A stretch of DNA of 64,000 bases. It comes from Octopus vulgaris. Lineage: Eukaryota. The notes under the pieces were generated by a model. It saw nothing but the letters and a program-made list of their open reading frames with translations, made no database searches and was not told the DNA's origin. Below are positions 1 through 15,500 of this stretch, piece after piece (the stretch's first letter is position 1; each line of letters opens with the position of its first letter). The position numbers were made by a program, and so were the translations under genes. Location: contig OX597818.1 in NCBI GenBank assembly GCA_951406725.2, forward strand, positions 131,812,001 to 131,876,000, read 5' to 3'.

Positions 1-208
1 TCTCGTATTGTGTAGACAAACTCAAATATTAAGTAGTATTTCAAATATTTTATCTGATATATAAAATATATCAAATACTACTTAATATATCAAATATTAA
101 GTAGTATTTCATATATTTTCTTTAAAAAAGTTTCATAAATTATACAGTTGGATTAGATATACTAAGTCAAAATATATGAAGAGATTTCAGTATTATTCAT
201 TCTTCTAA

Positions 209-395
209 GGCAACAAGCAAGCAGAATCATTACCATACCAGGTAAAATGCTTAGTGGCATTTTGTCAATCTTTATGTCCTGAGTTCAAATTATGTCAAGG
301 TTGAAATAAATAAGTACCAACTGAGCACTGGGTTTGATGTAATTGACCTACTCCTTCTTCAAAATTTACTGGCCTCGTGCCATAATTTGAAAACA
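209..395 (+). mobile_element. Old degenerate SINE, family B
   Basis: gcagaatcatta...aaaatgcttagtggcatt...ctgagttcaaatt...ataagtaccaactgagcactgggtttgatgtaattgac follows the intact copy at 57709-57939. Confidence 0.7.
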
Positions 396-703
396 ATACT
401 AGTTACTCTTCGTTGCTTTCATAGAAAACAATTAGTTAAATTGAAAGTTAGCAATGGTCATAGGAATAACTTTAGGTGAGAAGAGTTATGACTTTTTATC
501 TTACAAATGGCATAAAGGAATAGTAAGAAAAACAAAGAGAGAACTTTTTAGTGAAATCTCAAACTAATCAAAAATTGATGTAAGTTCACTATATAAATAA
601 ACAACCCAATGGAAATTAATATTTTTGGTATTTAACAAGTTAGTATATTTTAAGTAACATAGACTTCTTCTGTCTAGCCAAAAATACTAATTTTCAAAGG
701 AAT

Positions 704-1093
704 CATCATCATCATCAATTAATGTCCATTGTCCACGCTGGCATGGGTAGGGCAGTTTGACCAGAGCTAGTAAGCTGGAAGGCTGCACCTGACTTCAGTC
801 TGATTTGGCATGGTTTTCTATGGCTGGAAGCCCTTCCTAACTCCCACCACTCCGAGAGTGTAATGAGTGCTTTTACATGTCACCAGCACAGGTGCCATTT
901 ACCTGACACCAGTATCTGACACATCTGTGATTTTGCTTGGCTTGATGGGTCTTCTTCTCAAGCATGACATAATGCCAAAGGTCTCAGTCATTGCCTCCAT
1001 GAAGCCCAACACACAAAAGAAACTCAGCCATTTTGCCTCTGTGAGGCCCAATGCTTGAAAGGAACTCAGCCACTTTGCCTCCACGAGGCCCAT
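704..1093 (-). mobile_element. 5'-truncated RTE-type LINE: ORF2 C-terminal remnant, 3' UTR and (GAT)n tail
   Basis: Shares the gttaggaagggcttccagccatagaaa...catgccagcgtggac...(gat)n terminus with copies at 11964, 30616, 42545 and 57110. The minus-strand peptide LGLTEA...LGFMEAMT resembles the ORF end seen at 57162-57254. A 42-bp unit is tandemly repeated (aactcagcca at 1021 and 1063). Confidence 0.7.
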
Positions 1094-3311
1094 CTAATAT
1101 ATTTACTGAACTCCAAAGAAATAAAAGATAAACTCTATTCTGGCAAGATTTGAACTCAATGTACAGGACGCAACTAAATCCATACAGCATTAAGCTACCA
1201 ACTTATTGCCCAATTCAATGTTACTGAAAGTCTCTAGCCCTTAATTACTGCTTTAATTTATTTCATAAAGATACGTCACCTTTTGATAATCCTATTGCAC
1301 TCCAACCAAAACAAAAGCTTCAAACGCTAACATCTCTTGTAGCTTATTACTCATATAAAAATATAGATAATACAGATATGGTTCATGATGTTTTCTCAAT
1401 ATCTATGTATATATTTCTAACACTACACATGTCTAACCCTTCAAATAAATAAAAGAAAAATTATTTTTTCTTCAGGTTTAACACATATTTTTCATGAATG
1501 ATCAAATAAAACTAAAATCAAAAACATAAAGGCTACTCTCCATAAATCTGAGATGCTACCATGTACAAGCTACCTTTATATTAAATGATCACATGTTTCC
1601 CTAGAATGATTATAGCGCTAAAGTGAATAATGTTGATGTAGTTGATATTCAAATACTATTGTTTTGTCATCACTGGAAAGGTTTCTTGTAGAAAAACAAA
1701 CCCACTAAAACTCACTATATTTCGAGTGATGTACTATTCAACTAAGAACTAACTTCAAGAATTGGCCTGCAGAGTAAAAATATCCACCACCAGACCATAA
1801 AATTCACAGAGAAATACTGTAATAGGTGTTTGTAATCTTGTATGTAGCATTTTGCCTATGTTTCTCTCTCAGAGACTGGCATAATCAGGTTTCCTTCTAA
1901 ATAAGTAGAACAGAAAATCACTGAATATGCATAATATTTGACTGAAAGCAGCTATTTTAGTAACATTGATGATTGAGATTGAATGGAAGGAAATATTGCC
2001 TACAGCCAAGACATTTATCTGGCTGTGCTTTTGATTACTATCAAAGTAAAATGCTCATATTATTTATGATCAAGGCCATCAAAAAATGCATAACATGGCA
2101 GATTGTTCATTTGAATTTTTCTATGTAGCATCCAAAGGACTGATTACTTTCTACTTATATGAAGTTTGGCTTATATTTTCCTACATCAGCAGGTTTCTTC
2201 TTTAAAATTTTTTTATACAGTTTTACCACAACTATTCTCAACTGGTAACCCAGACTGATTTTGGAACAAGGTTGAGTAACACATAACACCCATAGTATTT
2301 CTGGATTAACCAAACAGTAAAATCCTAAAGAGAATTCTATTTTGAAACTCTCTCTCTCTCTCCCATGCACACACACATGCACATATTTTGCTCTCATCAA
2401 AAACAATTTGTGTATGCAGAGACAAGCTAGACAAGGTCTTGGGTGTTCAACTTGTATGTATTTTGATAATACAAGAGAAACTTACAATCAAAATTATGAT
2501 CCACCAAATAAAATACCATAAAGCATCTAGTGGCAACTTTGTGCCATCATTTTAGTTGTTCACTTAATAATATATAACAGAGTTATGTCTATATGACTCA
2601 TTATTAAGATATTAAATCTTAACTGGCAATTTATATTATATATACATTAAAACATTGATATATATATATCGTACCAATGGACAAAGCATTTATTCATCAT
2701 TAAGTGAATCAAAATTTTCTCCTTAAAGAATTACATACATGAACCTTAAAAGATCATCTCTAATTACCAAACTTAAACTGATTAATCCTACCTAAAATTA
2801 TTATCAAATTAATCATATAACAACTCAAGTATTCTTTAATTATAATTATGGTTAGATATTTGCTTAAGTACTCATATACAGCAAAATAAATCATAATGAC
2901 ATTAATAATAGCTTCTTTTTTTTTATGTTCCACATTTAGCACCACTAGTCAGTGTCTTTATTTCTACCATGTCTACTGCTGTCACACCTTATCATGGTGA
3001 AGTATCTGTCATCAATTACTAGAAATATGATTTGGAATCCTGATTATTTTCTTATGGTAATGAAAATTTTCTAGTTCCAGTTTTAGGTTTTGAATTTCAG
3101 TAGCCTACCACTTACTACAGAATGAAATACCAGTTATTTATAACAGAAAACTGAGGTTTTTAGATTTTAAAATGAACAGTAATTATCAATAAAATAAATT
3201 ATTTCAGTTAGATGCAACAAAAATAACATTATCTATTTAAAAACAGGTCTTTCTTGCATTACATCAACAATTATATTCTGCTGTAGATATCCTAGAGAAT
3301 CACAGAATAAA

Positions 3312-3342
<31 letters not shown>

Positions 3343-4488
3343 ATATATATTTGTAGAGAGACAGTCTCATAATTAAATTGCATTTATTATGTGTTAGATT
3401 AAAGGCCTTTTAAGTAAAGGAAACAAATGGAAGGAAAATACAAATAAATTTGAATACAAGAGAGGCAAATTCAATAAATGCAATAATACAGTTCTTTAAT
3501 GATTATTGCTTAAAATAACACATTAAGAAATTAGATCAGAGATATTTATTTTTATTCCCTTCTCTATTTTATCAGAATTTATCCATATCTGATTCTAGAC
3601 AGCTACAACTGATAAGTATGATACGCTTTATCTGAGTCTTATAACATTAAAATAAATTAGTTACAAGTATGGATCCTGCACAAAAAATTATAAAGAAAAA
3701 TTAGAAAGCTCATTGAGTTATGGTAAAATGTGAGTATGAGCACAAATTGAATAATCAGTTGATAGTTTTAATCTTTCATTCTAAATATCACTTAAAGGAA
3801 TTTTATTTACCAAATAATATAAAAATATGATTTAATATTCAGTAAATTCTTCCATTCTCAAAACAATGTATTTGTTAAGATACATTTTTGGAAATGAATA
3901 AGCAAAAAGCAAAACCTGGTTAAAAATTTCTTAAAAATGTGATTTGTTCATTGTAAATGGTAACTATATACCATGATTAATAAGTAAGCCTTTCTGTAAA
4001 TTATTAGATTAAAGAAGCTGATAAAAACAAGTCATGGCTTTCAAATGGAGAAAATACAAGTAAGAGCAAAGCAGATGGAAACTAGGAATTTAATGTATAG
4101 CAGCTGTCTCAGAATAGACAAATATTGAACATAAAATGTGCTAAAAATTATGCTTAAGAAATAAAAGATGAATAGAGCAAGAAATGCTTACTACTGATGA
4201 TGAAAATCAGTTCTTTGTGCAAGGTGATATCAACTGAGACCAAATTATTTTACTACATACTTCACAGTTATTTTAATTCAAGAAAATATATTTATGGTAT
4301 AAACTGTTTTTCTTTGTTTTCTTGTTTAGTTATCTAATATAACAGCTGTTGTGCCTTTAGAGATTTATATGTAGATAAAAGCATTTTTGCTGTAAAACAT
4401 GTATTCTATTAATTGAAAGATATCAAAAGGTAACAAAATGTGCAAAATGTTATTACTAATGCCAAAATATTCTACAGTTTTGCAAACA

Positions 4489-4818
4489 GGTAAGAAGCTT
4501 GCTCCCTAACTACATGGTTCCAGGTTCAGTACGACTGCGTGGCACCTCGGGCATGTGTCTTCTACAATAGCCTCGGGCTGACAAAGCCTTGTGAGTGGAT
4601 TTGGTAGATGGAAACTCAAAGAAGCCCATTATATACATGTATGTATTTGTGTCTGTATTTACCCCCCTCCCGCCCTGTAACTTAGCAGTTCAGCAAAAGA
4701 AGACCAATAGAATAAGTACTAGGCTTACAAAGAATAAGTCCTGGGTTCAATTTGTTTGATTAAAGGCAGTGTTCCAGCATGGACACAGTCAACTGAAACA
4801 AGTAAAAGAATAAAAGAA
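4489..4818 (+). mobile_element. tRNA-derived SINE, family A
   Basis: Colinear with full copies at 19130 and 62846: ggtaagaagcttgc...ggttcag...gtgagtggatttggtaga...ccagcatgg...ctgaaacaagtaaaaga. Confidence 0.9.
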
Positions 4819-6809
4819 TATATATATTGTAGATTTAATATATATATATAGTGTAGATTTATTGCAGAATAAAAGAATATACACATCGTAGATTTAAAGA
4901 TGATCGTGTTGCAGTACACCCCTTAAGCAGAATAGTTTTATTATCCTAGAGCAGAATATCTATGGTTTAATATCCACATCAGAAACGTTCCAATATTTAT
5001 TTGATTTGCTTTCTTCATGCAGTTTTCATCTGCTCAAGATTGTATTGAGTTTCACTAACTCCTAAAATTCATTAACGTGTTCCTCAGATGGATAGTAATA
5101 ATTATAATACAGAAATATTGTGGCTAAAATTTCAAATCTATTCATGTCAAACTTAGTCTTTTGCACTTTTGGGAAAAAGAAACACCTGAAATTTATAAAA
5201 GAAATAAAAGTTACAAGCATTTTCAACCCCAACTCTAAACTATTAATCATCAACATCCTTCTTAAATGATATTATTCTAGTTCAAATTATGAATCTAAAC
5301 TGAAGTTTCCTTGAATTTAGATCTATAAAATTATTTTAATGTTATAAATTAAAATTCTTAATATTGAAATTACTATAGAAAAGTTCGATTTATTAAATTT
5401 CATGTTGGTAAAATTAGTTACCATTTTTCTAAACTTATTTACAAACACTTCCTCATTAAGTATCAAATGTTCTTTAGTCTAAATCAATGTTTGATATTCA
5501 TTGGAGCAAAATGTCTCAATCCTTAAACAAAGAAATTGAACAGCTGTTTAAAAACCAATTCTTTCTTCCTAACCAACAATCACTACATCTTTATAAATGC
5601 TGTGACTCAACAAATGTAATAGAATAAGCACATTTTCAATATGAAAGTAACTTAACTATAATTACAAAACAAAGGAAAAAAAGCAGGAGAGGGAGGAAAA
5701 TTAAATGGAATTACCATCCAATTTTATAGTATTGAAGAAAGGTTGATCAATATAAAATAATAAATTCTCTCTGAAATTTCATTTTCAAATTGATTATCAA
5801 TATAGATTTTAGAGAAATAGGGAATGACTATCAAGCAAAGCCAGCTAACTCTTGTCAATATGGAAAAACAGACACCAATATGTCAAGTTCAGACAAAGAT
5901 ATAAGACATGCCATCACAATTTATTTACAGTCTTATTTGAAATAGTTTTATGGGAAATGACATCTGGATTGAGGTGTTTAATTTTATTTATTCATTTATT
6001 ACAATACAGACATTTGTTATCAGTTCAGTAGCCAAAGAAAAGTGTTGACTTTTAGCTAACAATTTATGTTCTTAAAAAAGAAAAAAAGGCACAGAAACTC
6101 CATGAAACAAAGATAATTATCAGAGAAATTACCTAAGACAGTAGATCTGATTGAACATGCTTCCTATAATCTTGAAAATGAAATTTCATATTATGAATTT
6201 TACCCAGAAAAGATTTTGATTTAACAAAACAATTAAAGCGGGGAAAGAGTTTCAACAGTGTATTTTCCTCACCAACCTCTTGTTCTCTAATAATTTCTCA
6301 ATCATTATGTGTAGCAAAATTTGCCTTTTTTCATTACATCATTTATTGATTAGTTTCTCAAAATTAAAATAATTCAGTTAGATGAGTGGATAAGGTACTG
6401 TATTTTTGACAAATTTGTTGATCTCTGCTTAAAGAAGTGACAGATCACTGCAAGTGAGATGATGAATGTGAGAAAAAGAGAGAGAGAGGTTTTCAAGAAA
6501 TTTTCAAAACAAATTATGACACTAAACTTCAGGAGTTTGTACAAATAAGCATGTTACAGAGAGAACATAACATTTAGGACACATGTTATCCAACAAAAAG
6601 TAGCACTGATTAGTAATGATTTTTATCAAGATATAAAAGAAATTAAGTTTCTCATTTTGTTATAGTGATTCTATGTTCTTATTGATACATTGTAAACTGT
6701 AATGCCTAAATATAATTAGTTCATCAAAGGCAGTCAATGCCTCTTTGCCTTTGAACCGCAATATAGCATTTTTCAATATATCATAACATAGTTCACAGTA
6801 CTGAGTCAC

Positions 6810-8079
<1,270 letters not shown>

Positions 8080-8089
8080 CTGTAGATGA

Positions 8090-8452
8090 AGGCTATGTGA
8101 TTAAGAAGTTTACTTTGCCGCCATGTGGTTTCAGGTTCAGTTTCTTTAGTGCAGCATCTTAGGCAAGTGTCTTCTACTTTAGATTCAGGCCAACCAATTC
8201 CTTATGAAAGAATTTGGTAGACAGAAACTATGAAGAAGCCCATGGGATATGTATATATGTGTATGTGTGTCTGCCACTGCTTAATAGCCTGTACTGGATT
8301 TATGTGCCTCTAACTTAATGGTTCAGCAAATTAAACTAACAGAAAATAGAATAAGCTTTAGACTTATAAGCACTAGGTTGATACATTTTTTTTTGGTAAA
8401 AAGGTGGTGCTCCAGCATGGCTACAATCCAAATAGTAAACAGGTAGAAGAGC
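8090..8452 (+). mobile_element. Degenerate SINE, family A
   Basis: Contains aagaagttt...caggttcag...cttaggcaagtgtcttctac...atttggtagacagaaact...ggtgctccagcatggc. Confidence 0.8.
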
Positions 8453-8524
8453 AACATTCATTAATGATATCTAAGTCCAAATAACAGATTAATTAATCCA
8501 ACACTATAATTTTATACTGAAATA

Positions 8525-8617
8525 TTTATCTGAAAGCTAGGAGATAATGCATGATTAATTCAAAACTATTTGAATGAATAAGCATTACAAACGATGAGTA
8601 ATCTGAATGTTAAAGGG
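8525..8617 (-). mobile_element. Fragment of a TTAA-flanked MITE (same family as 31801-32020)
   Basis: Ends in gaatgttaaaggg|ttaa; its reverse complement follows the left part of 31801-31895 (ttaatcatgcatta, gtaatg). Confidence 0.65.
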
Positions 8618-8742
8618 TTAAGAATGAAAATAGAACATTTACTGATTGTAAGGGATTGCCCAATGGCTTAATTTTCTCAGTCTGGAATAAGTCATCAAAT
8701 GAAACTTAAAGTACCAGTCATCTCAAATTTTGTAAGTTGGAG

Positions 8743-9210
8743 ATATCAGAACATTGACCTCCTGGAATCTGTCCAGAGACGTGCAACCAAACGCATACCC
8801 TCCATCAGACACCTACCATATTCTGAGCGCCTTGTTTCCCTGGGCATGGATTCACTGAAGCTCCGGCGTCTGGCGACGGACTTGGTTAACATCCACAAAG
8901 TTATCAACCACCTCACCAACAACAACACTGAACACCTTTTTGATCTCCATGTGTCTAACACACGTGGACATGCCTACAAAGTCAGAAAACAACACAGCTC
9001 CCATGACTTTCGGAAACATTTTTTCACGCTCAGAGTTGCTGAAGCATGGAATAAACTGCCTGCATCAGTTGTTGACTGCCATGACACTGCATCCTTTAAG
9101 GCCCTCATGGTTTCCGAAATCCGCCGAAACTACACCTGATTATATATACACTGTAGATGAGTTGTAGTGCACCTGAGCACTGTACACAATTATTATTATT
9201 ATTATTATTA
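8743..9210 (+). mobile_element. 5'-truncated CR1-type LINE: ORF2 C-terminus, 3' UTR and (ATT)n tail
   Basis: The ORF ending at 9139 contains LESVQRRATK, YSERL, LRRL..DL, TRGH and RKHFFTLRVAEAWNKLP, which are hallmark CR1/L2-group C-terminal motifs. A short UTR and (att)n follow. Confidence 0.93.
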
Positions 9211-10557
9211 TCACACATTGTTATGATATACTGTATGTTAAACAAAATCTTGTTTCAAGGTTAAACAATAGCCAAGAGAAACGTCTTTATGTATCACTCA
9301 ATAAAATTTCAGAGGTCATATAAGTATTGATGCTATTTGTTCATTTGATGGGTTTTTTTTTACTCTAATTTTTTTTTCTATGAAGTAGCATATACTTTCT
9401 TTCTATTTATATTGTTCTATGTGCCAATTTAATTAGAACTGCTTTATGAAAAGAGCTTAGAACAAGGACATTTGAATTATTACAAAAATATTAGCTTTAT
9501 TTTAGATCAAGCATATTTTCTTCAATAATTTTATATCTTCCAGTTCTTTAATACTTTTAGTTTAGTAAAATCAATTGATTCCAATATTTTACTGTTTATG
9601 TATCAAAACTATCATTATATTTTCCTTTGTTGCATAGAATAAAGTATTAAAATATGACAATTTCAATCACAGTCTACTATGAAAATGTAAAATTTATATT
9701 GAAAGAATAAAAAGAAAAGAAATAGTTTTGTTTTAAATAGAATATTCTTTCAGAATCCTTTTTTGCTTAATTTACTGATAATAAAATAAAAAGACAAAAA
9801 ATTAATAGAGCTTGTTTGCCTTTTTCATTTTAAATCAAACAGAATAAATCTATTAAATCCAGATTGATAGAGAAGGGTGGGAGAATTATTTAAACAATAG
9901 CCAAATGAAATATAGCTAAAATCACTGATTCAGTAGGTTTTGAAATCATTTTTGAACTAGTTTTATTCAATCATTGCAAACAAGTCAGTCAGCAAAATAA
10001 AATCAAAAAGTGAAACTACTGCCACAGTTGCTCTGGTTTCAAATAATATTATTAAACTAGTTATTTTCCCTAAAAAAAAAAAATCTCATTATAATACTGC
10101 TTCTACTCAACTTCAATGATGAAATTAAATACATAAATTGATAAATGGTCTGTACACTTTCATATTTGTTCATTGTCAGGAGACCAAATCCTCAAATGAA
10201 CAATCGAAAATGCATCTTAATTTATTTTATAATAAATGACCTTCTATGTTTACATTATTAATTCTCTGCAAACAGTTAATGCAAAACAGTAAATTATGGA
10301 AACTTTACCATAAGTATAGCTATGAAGAATTCCACACATATTTCTATCAATCAAACTATCAAATTGTTCTTTTTTCTTTATATACAGTTTTCAAAGAAAA
10401 GATTACAAAATGTTTTATTTTACATATATCATATGGATATCACTAATCATTTTGCTCTAATAACCTGCAATATTTCCCTTCATTTAGTTCTAGTAAATGA
10501 AAACATTCTACTTAAGACTAGTCCATTCCCCTAAAACACATTCTAACAAGCAAAAAC

Positions 10558-10593
<36 letters not shown>

Positions 10594-11494
10594 TACATGT
10601 GTAGATACATGCATACACACACCATTTGTTTCTTGTAAATTTATCTTTAAAAAATCAAATGTAGAAATAAAAGAATATAAACTAAAAAGGAAGCTCCAAT
10701 TAAAATCTGCTGAATGTTCATACAAAAAGTAGAATTCTAAATTTTAAGATAAATATGAATTCATTATAAATGTACAACAATTTATGTAGTATTATTATCA
10801 AATAACCTTGTCTTAGTTTCTAATGATGACAACTTAACATTCCTGAAATACTAAAGAATATTTGCATATGATTATAATAGGCCCCTGAAATCCAACATTA
10901 CTCCCTTTCAAGAAAGGGATGAAAAACTGAGTTAAATTTCCACTAAGCCCATGCTTTTGCAGAGGTACAACATTAATCCAAATTCGGGGAATATTTTCTG
11001 ATCTCTAAACTCCAAAAGAAATAGTGTATAGCATCAAGTGATTAAGGTATGTTAATAAATGCAGTTTATCTCCATTTAGTAAAATGTAACTTCACTAAAA
11101 TGGGCACACATGTACTTGACAGGACCCAAATAGTTCAGTTGAATTGAATATTGTTGAAGTTGAAATGTATACTCAAACTTGACACAGATCATAAAATTAT
11201 AACTGCTACTATCAACCTCAGATTTTCATACTACACACCAAACTAGCTAGTGATGCTGAAATTTGTGAATCATACTAATTCAAAATTGTCAACATGCATG
11301 AGCAAAATTATAATCCTGTGACAATAGTTCAATATATTACATTTCAAATAGCACCTAAAAAGAGGCTACCATGCAACAGAATTGGCTGACTATCATCACT
11401 GAAAAGCTAAAATTAAAACTATTTGTCATATAGACTTTAGAAAAATCCTTGTGATTGAAGGGTAGATACTCAACAACTGTTGACACGATGAGAA

Positions 11495-11685
11495 TTTATG
11501 TGTTTGTCCCCCCCCCCCCAACATCGCTTGACAACTGATGCTGGTGCGTTTACATCCCTGTAACTTAGCGGTTTGGCAAAAGAGACTGGTACAATAAGTA
11601 CTGGGATTGATTTGCTCGACTAAAGGCGGTGCTCCAGCGTGGCCACAGTCAAATGACTGAAACAAATAAAAGTGTAAAAGAGTAA
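11495..11685 (+). mobile_element. 3' half of SINE family A
   Basis: tgtgtttgtcccc...cttgacaactgatgctggtg...taaaggcggtgctccagc...aaatgactgaaaca. Confidence 0.88.
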
Positions 11686-11688
11686 ATG

Positions 11689-11925
11689 CATGATAATGCT
11701 AATACAATAGCATGAACAGGATAAACTATCCATATATTGCAGAAAAATTCATTACCAGCCAACCATGAGACTCAAGCTCACATCCCTGAAATTACACGTC
11801 AAGTAAAGCACTTGATGTGTAATCACAGGGGTGTGAGTTTGAGTCTCATGGCTGGCTGGTAATTAATTTTTCTGCAAAATATGGATAATTTATCCTGTTC
11901 TTGATATGGTATTAGCAATATCATG
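11689..11925. repeat. 237-bp palindromic (foldback) element with tRNA-like arm
   Basis: Arms 11689-11804 and 11810-11925 (116 bp each) are ungapped reverse complements with about 13 mismatches by hand count; the loop is AAAGC. Confidence 0.92.
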
Positions 11926-11963
11926 TGTTTGAGAATAAATTATTTCTGTATCTTTTAGGCTAA

Positions 11964-12505
11964 ATCATCATCATCATCATCATCATCATCGTTTAACGTC
12001 TGTTCTCCATGCTAGCATGGGTTGGACGGTTCGACCGGGGATCTGGGAAGCCAGAAGGCTGCACCAGGCTCCGGTCTTATCTGGCAAAGTTTCTACAGCT
12101 GGATGCCCTTACTAACGCCAACCACTCCGAGAGTGTAGTGGGTGATTTTATGTGCCACTGGCACAGGTGCCAGACGAGGCTGGTGAACGGCCACACTCGG
12201 ATGGTGTTTTTTATGTGCCACCGACACAGGTGCCAGACGAGGCTGGCGAACGGCCACGCTTGGATGATGTTTTTTATGTGCCACCGACACAGGTGCCAGA
12301 CGAGGCTGGCGAACGGCCACGATCGGATGGTGTTTGTTATGTGCCCACAGCACGGAGGCCAGTCGATGCGGTACTGGCTACGGCCACATTCGGATGGTTT
12401 TCTTATGTGCCACCAGCACTGGTACCACAAAGATACAAATTCCATTGATGTTCATCTAATTTGATTTGGTTTGATTTGATTTGACTTTGATTTGATTTGA
12501 TTTTT
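11964..12505 (-). mobile_element. RTE-type LINE 3' end with internal 63-bp tandem array and (GAT)n tail
   Basis: (cat)n at about 11964-11989 and the shared terminal module. tgtgcc recurs at 12151, 12214, 12277, 12340 and 12406 (period 63, 63, 63, 66). (tttga)n marks the far end. Confidence 0.8.
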
Positions 12506-15500
12506 TTGATCATGTGATCAAAATTGTTTAAGCAGGTAGATGGATGGACAGCTAGTTATGATCAAACCTCACAGAATATTCATATTGAGATGAATTTAGA
12601 TCTGTTTGTAATAATTTAGTATATCAATTAAAAATGAAATCCTTTCTGATATAATTACTAACAAATGTTGAAACAATTTATTAATAGCAAAGAAGTCATA
12701 ATTGTTGAAGGCTATGTTTCTTTAGAAACATCTACTTAAATCATTTGCCTCAAGATGATCCTATAGATCAATAGCTTCTTTGAAGATATACTGATTTCTT
12801 ATAATCAGTATATTTCTCTTTCTATAAATACTAATATCTTTGAAAACCCATTTCATATGTTTTTTTCCAATCAAATTTCATTTACAATGTTTTCATCTAC
12901 CAAATTTCGATTACAAAAATTTAGTCAGCATTAGGGCATTGTGGAAGACACACAGTTCGTAGAAAATTTGTTAAAAATAAGAAACAAAACACCCTATGGT
13001 CCAGATCTCATCATAAAAATCTCTTTGTTCATCAATGTTAAAATGTACAAAATTTTTTTTTTTTTGCACCACTACTTGATACATACTTATATTTGTTGAG
13101 AATTTATCTCTTCACATTGTTTATACTAGAAATGTTTAAAGAAATAGTAACATAACCTTCATGATATAGGCCGAAAATTTATGATGATGAAACAAAAGTC
13201 GAATAGACTAACTACTTAAACTAATTTCATAACAGTAGTATTTCTATCTTCTTTAACCACTGCAGATAACAAGCATATATGAGTGTTTAAATGATGCAGT
13301 TAAAACAAAAAGATACATTTATGAATATATTCATAAACTTGCATGCATATATTATAAGCAGATAGATGCATGCAAATATATCTAAAATAGTTAAATGCAT
13401 GCACAATAATGAAAACATCAAGATGTATACACATATCTAAAACAACCAGATGCATGCATGTATAAGTACTGGAAAAATATATAAATTATTACAAAAATAA
13501 TTATGTATGAAAAAATTATGCATGATGCTTAAAAAATAAGTGGTTTGTCAAAGAATAAAAATTATATATTCTCATTTTGGTAATTGTTCATTTATTCTTT
13601 GTGTTGTTGTGACAATTAAATACGACAAAGGGTCAGAAGATACATTTTTATATTAATTTAAATTAATAAAAAAAAACATAAAATCAATATCCTTTTGATG
13701 ACAATTGCTATTGTATAATAGCACAAAGTAGATCTTGTAAGAGAGTTTTATGAAAAATTCTTTGATTTTTATTCTTATAAAAAAGAACAATTAAATTCCA
13801 AATCATATGAAAGAAAGCTTAAGATTTTTTCTGATATATTTCTTTTTATGAATATTATCACAATTAATTCTTTAGTTTCAGTCTATTATGTTATTTTTGC
13901 TTTGAAAGGAGATTAGACAAAATACTGTCAATCTTTGTAACATAAAAACAACTGACAATAGCTTTTTGCAATAGTATACTCATTTTCTAACTGCTGCTAG
14001 ATGCATTTGTAAAACTGACAATAGATGAGTGATATAGACACAATAGAAACTAGTCACACAGATCAATCAATGAATAGTCTTGTCAGTAGGAATTAACGTG
14101 TATATATAACTGAAAATAAAAAACATTATTTGCGTATATTGTGAAATATATCTTTATATGTTCTAAGGATAAAATAAAATATAAACTTTTGAACTGAAAA
14201 TCAATGCAATATTTTAATAAAATCGCACATTTAATGCAAATTCTACATGAGGTTATAATGTATGCTTTTGATCTATATTATGTTCAAAGATTATCTTTCA
14301 TCACTAACACAAAGAGGAATCAACATACAAAATCTTTTCTCAAATTAGAATGAAAAATAAATACTAAATACAACAGACAGCATTACAAATAAGTTTGAAA
14401 ATCCATTATTTACCTCCAATATCCTCACCATTTAATGAGCTAAGAAGATAAACAGTTCATCTATCAATAAACTTTTGAAAATTTTCTTAAACTGAAATGT
14501 GCTATATATCAAAATGGTTCATTTTATCAATTATCAGCAGTTTGCAACATTACCAGAAAAGAGACTTTATAAAACTACTGCAAAATATAAATACTTTAGA
14601 AACACAATAGATATATAGATGATACAATTTCTTTATGGTGCTTCAGAAAATTCAAACATTTCTTAATCAATATGTCTAGATTAAAACATAAATTTATGTT
14701 TAATCTTTGAAGATCCAGTCTGTTTTCTATACTTGATGCAAGTTACTGATATTTTCTTTTGTTTAAGTAAAGGAAGGTTTGTAGAAACTTGATAAATTAT
14801 TACCAATAGTAAGAATCTTATTTTTAAATAGATGTCTGAGTGACTCCATAAAATGCTTTAAAATGTTATTTGGAAGATTATAACCATGTAATTGTGTTCT
14901 TTGCATACTTCATTTCTTGTGCTTCTCTCTAACCAGTGCAGTCAGTACCTACAATGGAAATGTAAGTATCAGTGAACAAGCTTCAACAAGAAGACTTGAT
15001 TATTTCTGACTAGCTATATAACAGCATTGAATATATGGTATCTTAATGCATAAATTATATAAGATACATTTTTGGTAAGTTAATTAGTACAAATTACTTA
15101 GTCTATGTCTCCAAAAACAATTTTTTTTTCAAGGAAATGTTTGACAGAACTTTCAAAATTTTAGCATTTTTGTTACTCCCTTTTGAAATTATATTTCCAA
15201 CATCATAGTAAATAATGATTAATCATTAGAATTATGCTTAATCTACATGTTAAAAAAGTACCCTCCACTCAATGCAAGTGATGTTGAGTCAACATGTTTA
15301 GTAAATCCTTAAACAACTAAAAATGTGTATGTGTGAATGCATACAAAAAATAACTTCCTTAACCTAATAAATAAAAGTGCTAAAATAGCTTGAATTCAGA
15401 AATTAGAAGACACTAAAGCAGGATCAAAGAATATCTGTCCACTAACTGCTAGAGAGAGGTCAGGAAAACAACTCATTTATAATCCTAATTTCAATTTCCA

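Noticed and set aside
1716-1766. Minus-strand segment with good acceptor and GTGAGT donor
   Set aside because: Stops in all three frames and no FUZ similarity.
12009-12464. Four overlapping ORFs with 21-aa repeats; superficially CRISPR-like periodicity
   Set aside because: The 63-bp unit is a multiple of 3 and is repeated in full with no unique spacers. It sits in a LINE 3' region of eukaryotic DNA with no cas genes.
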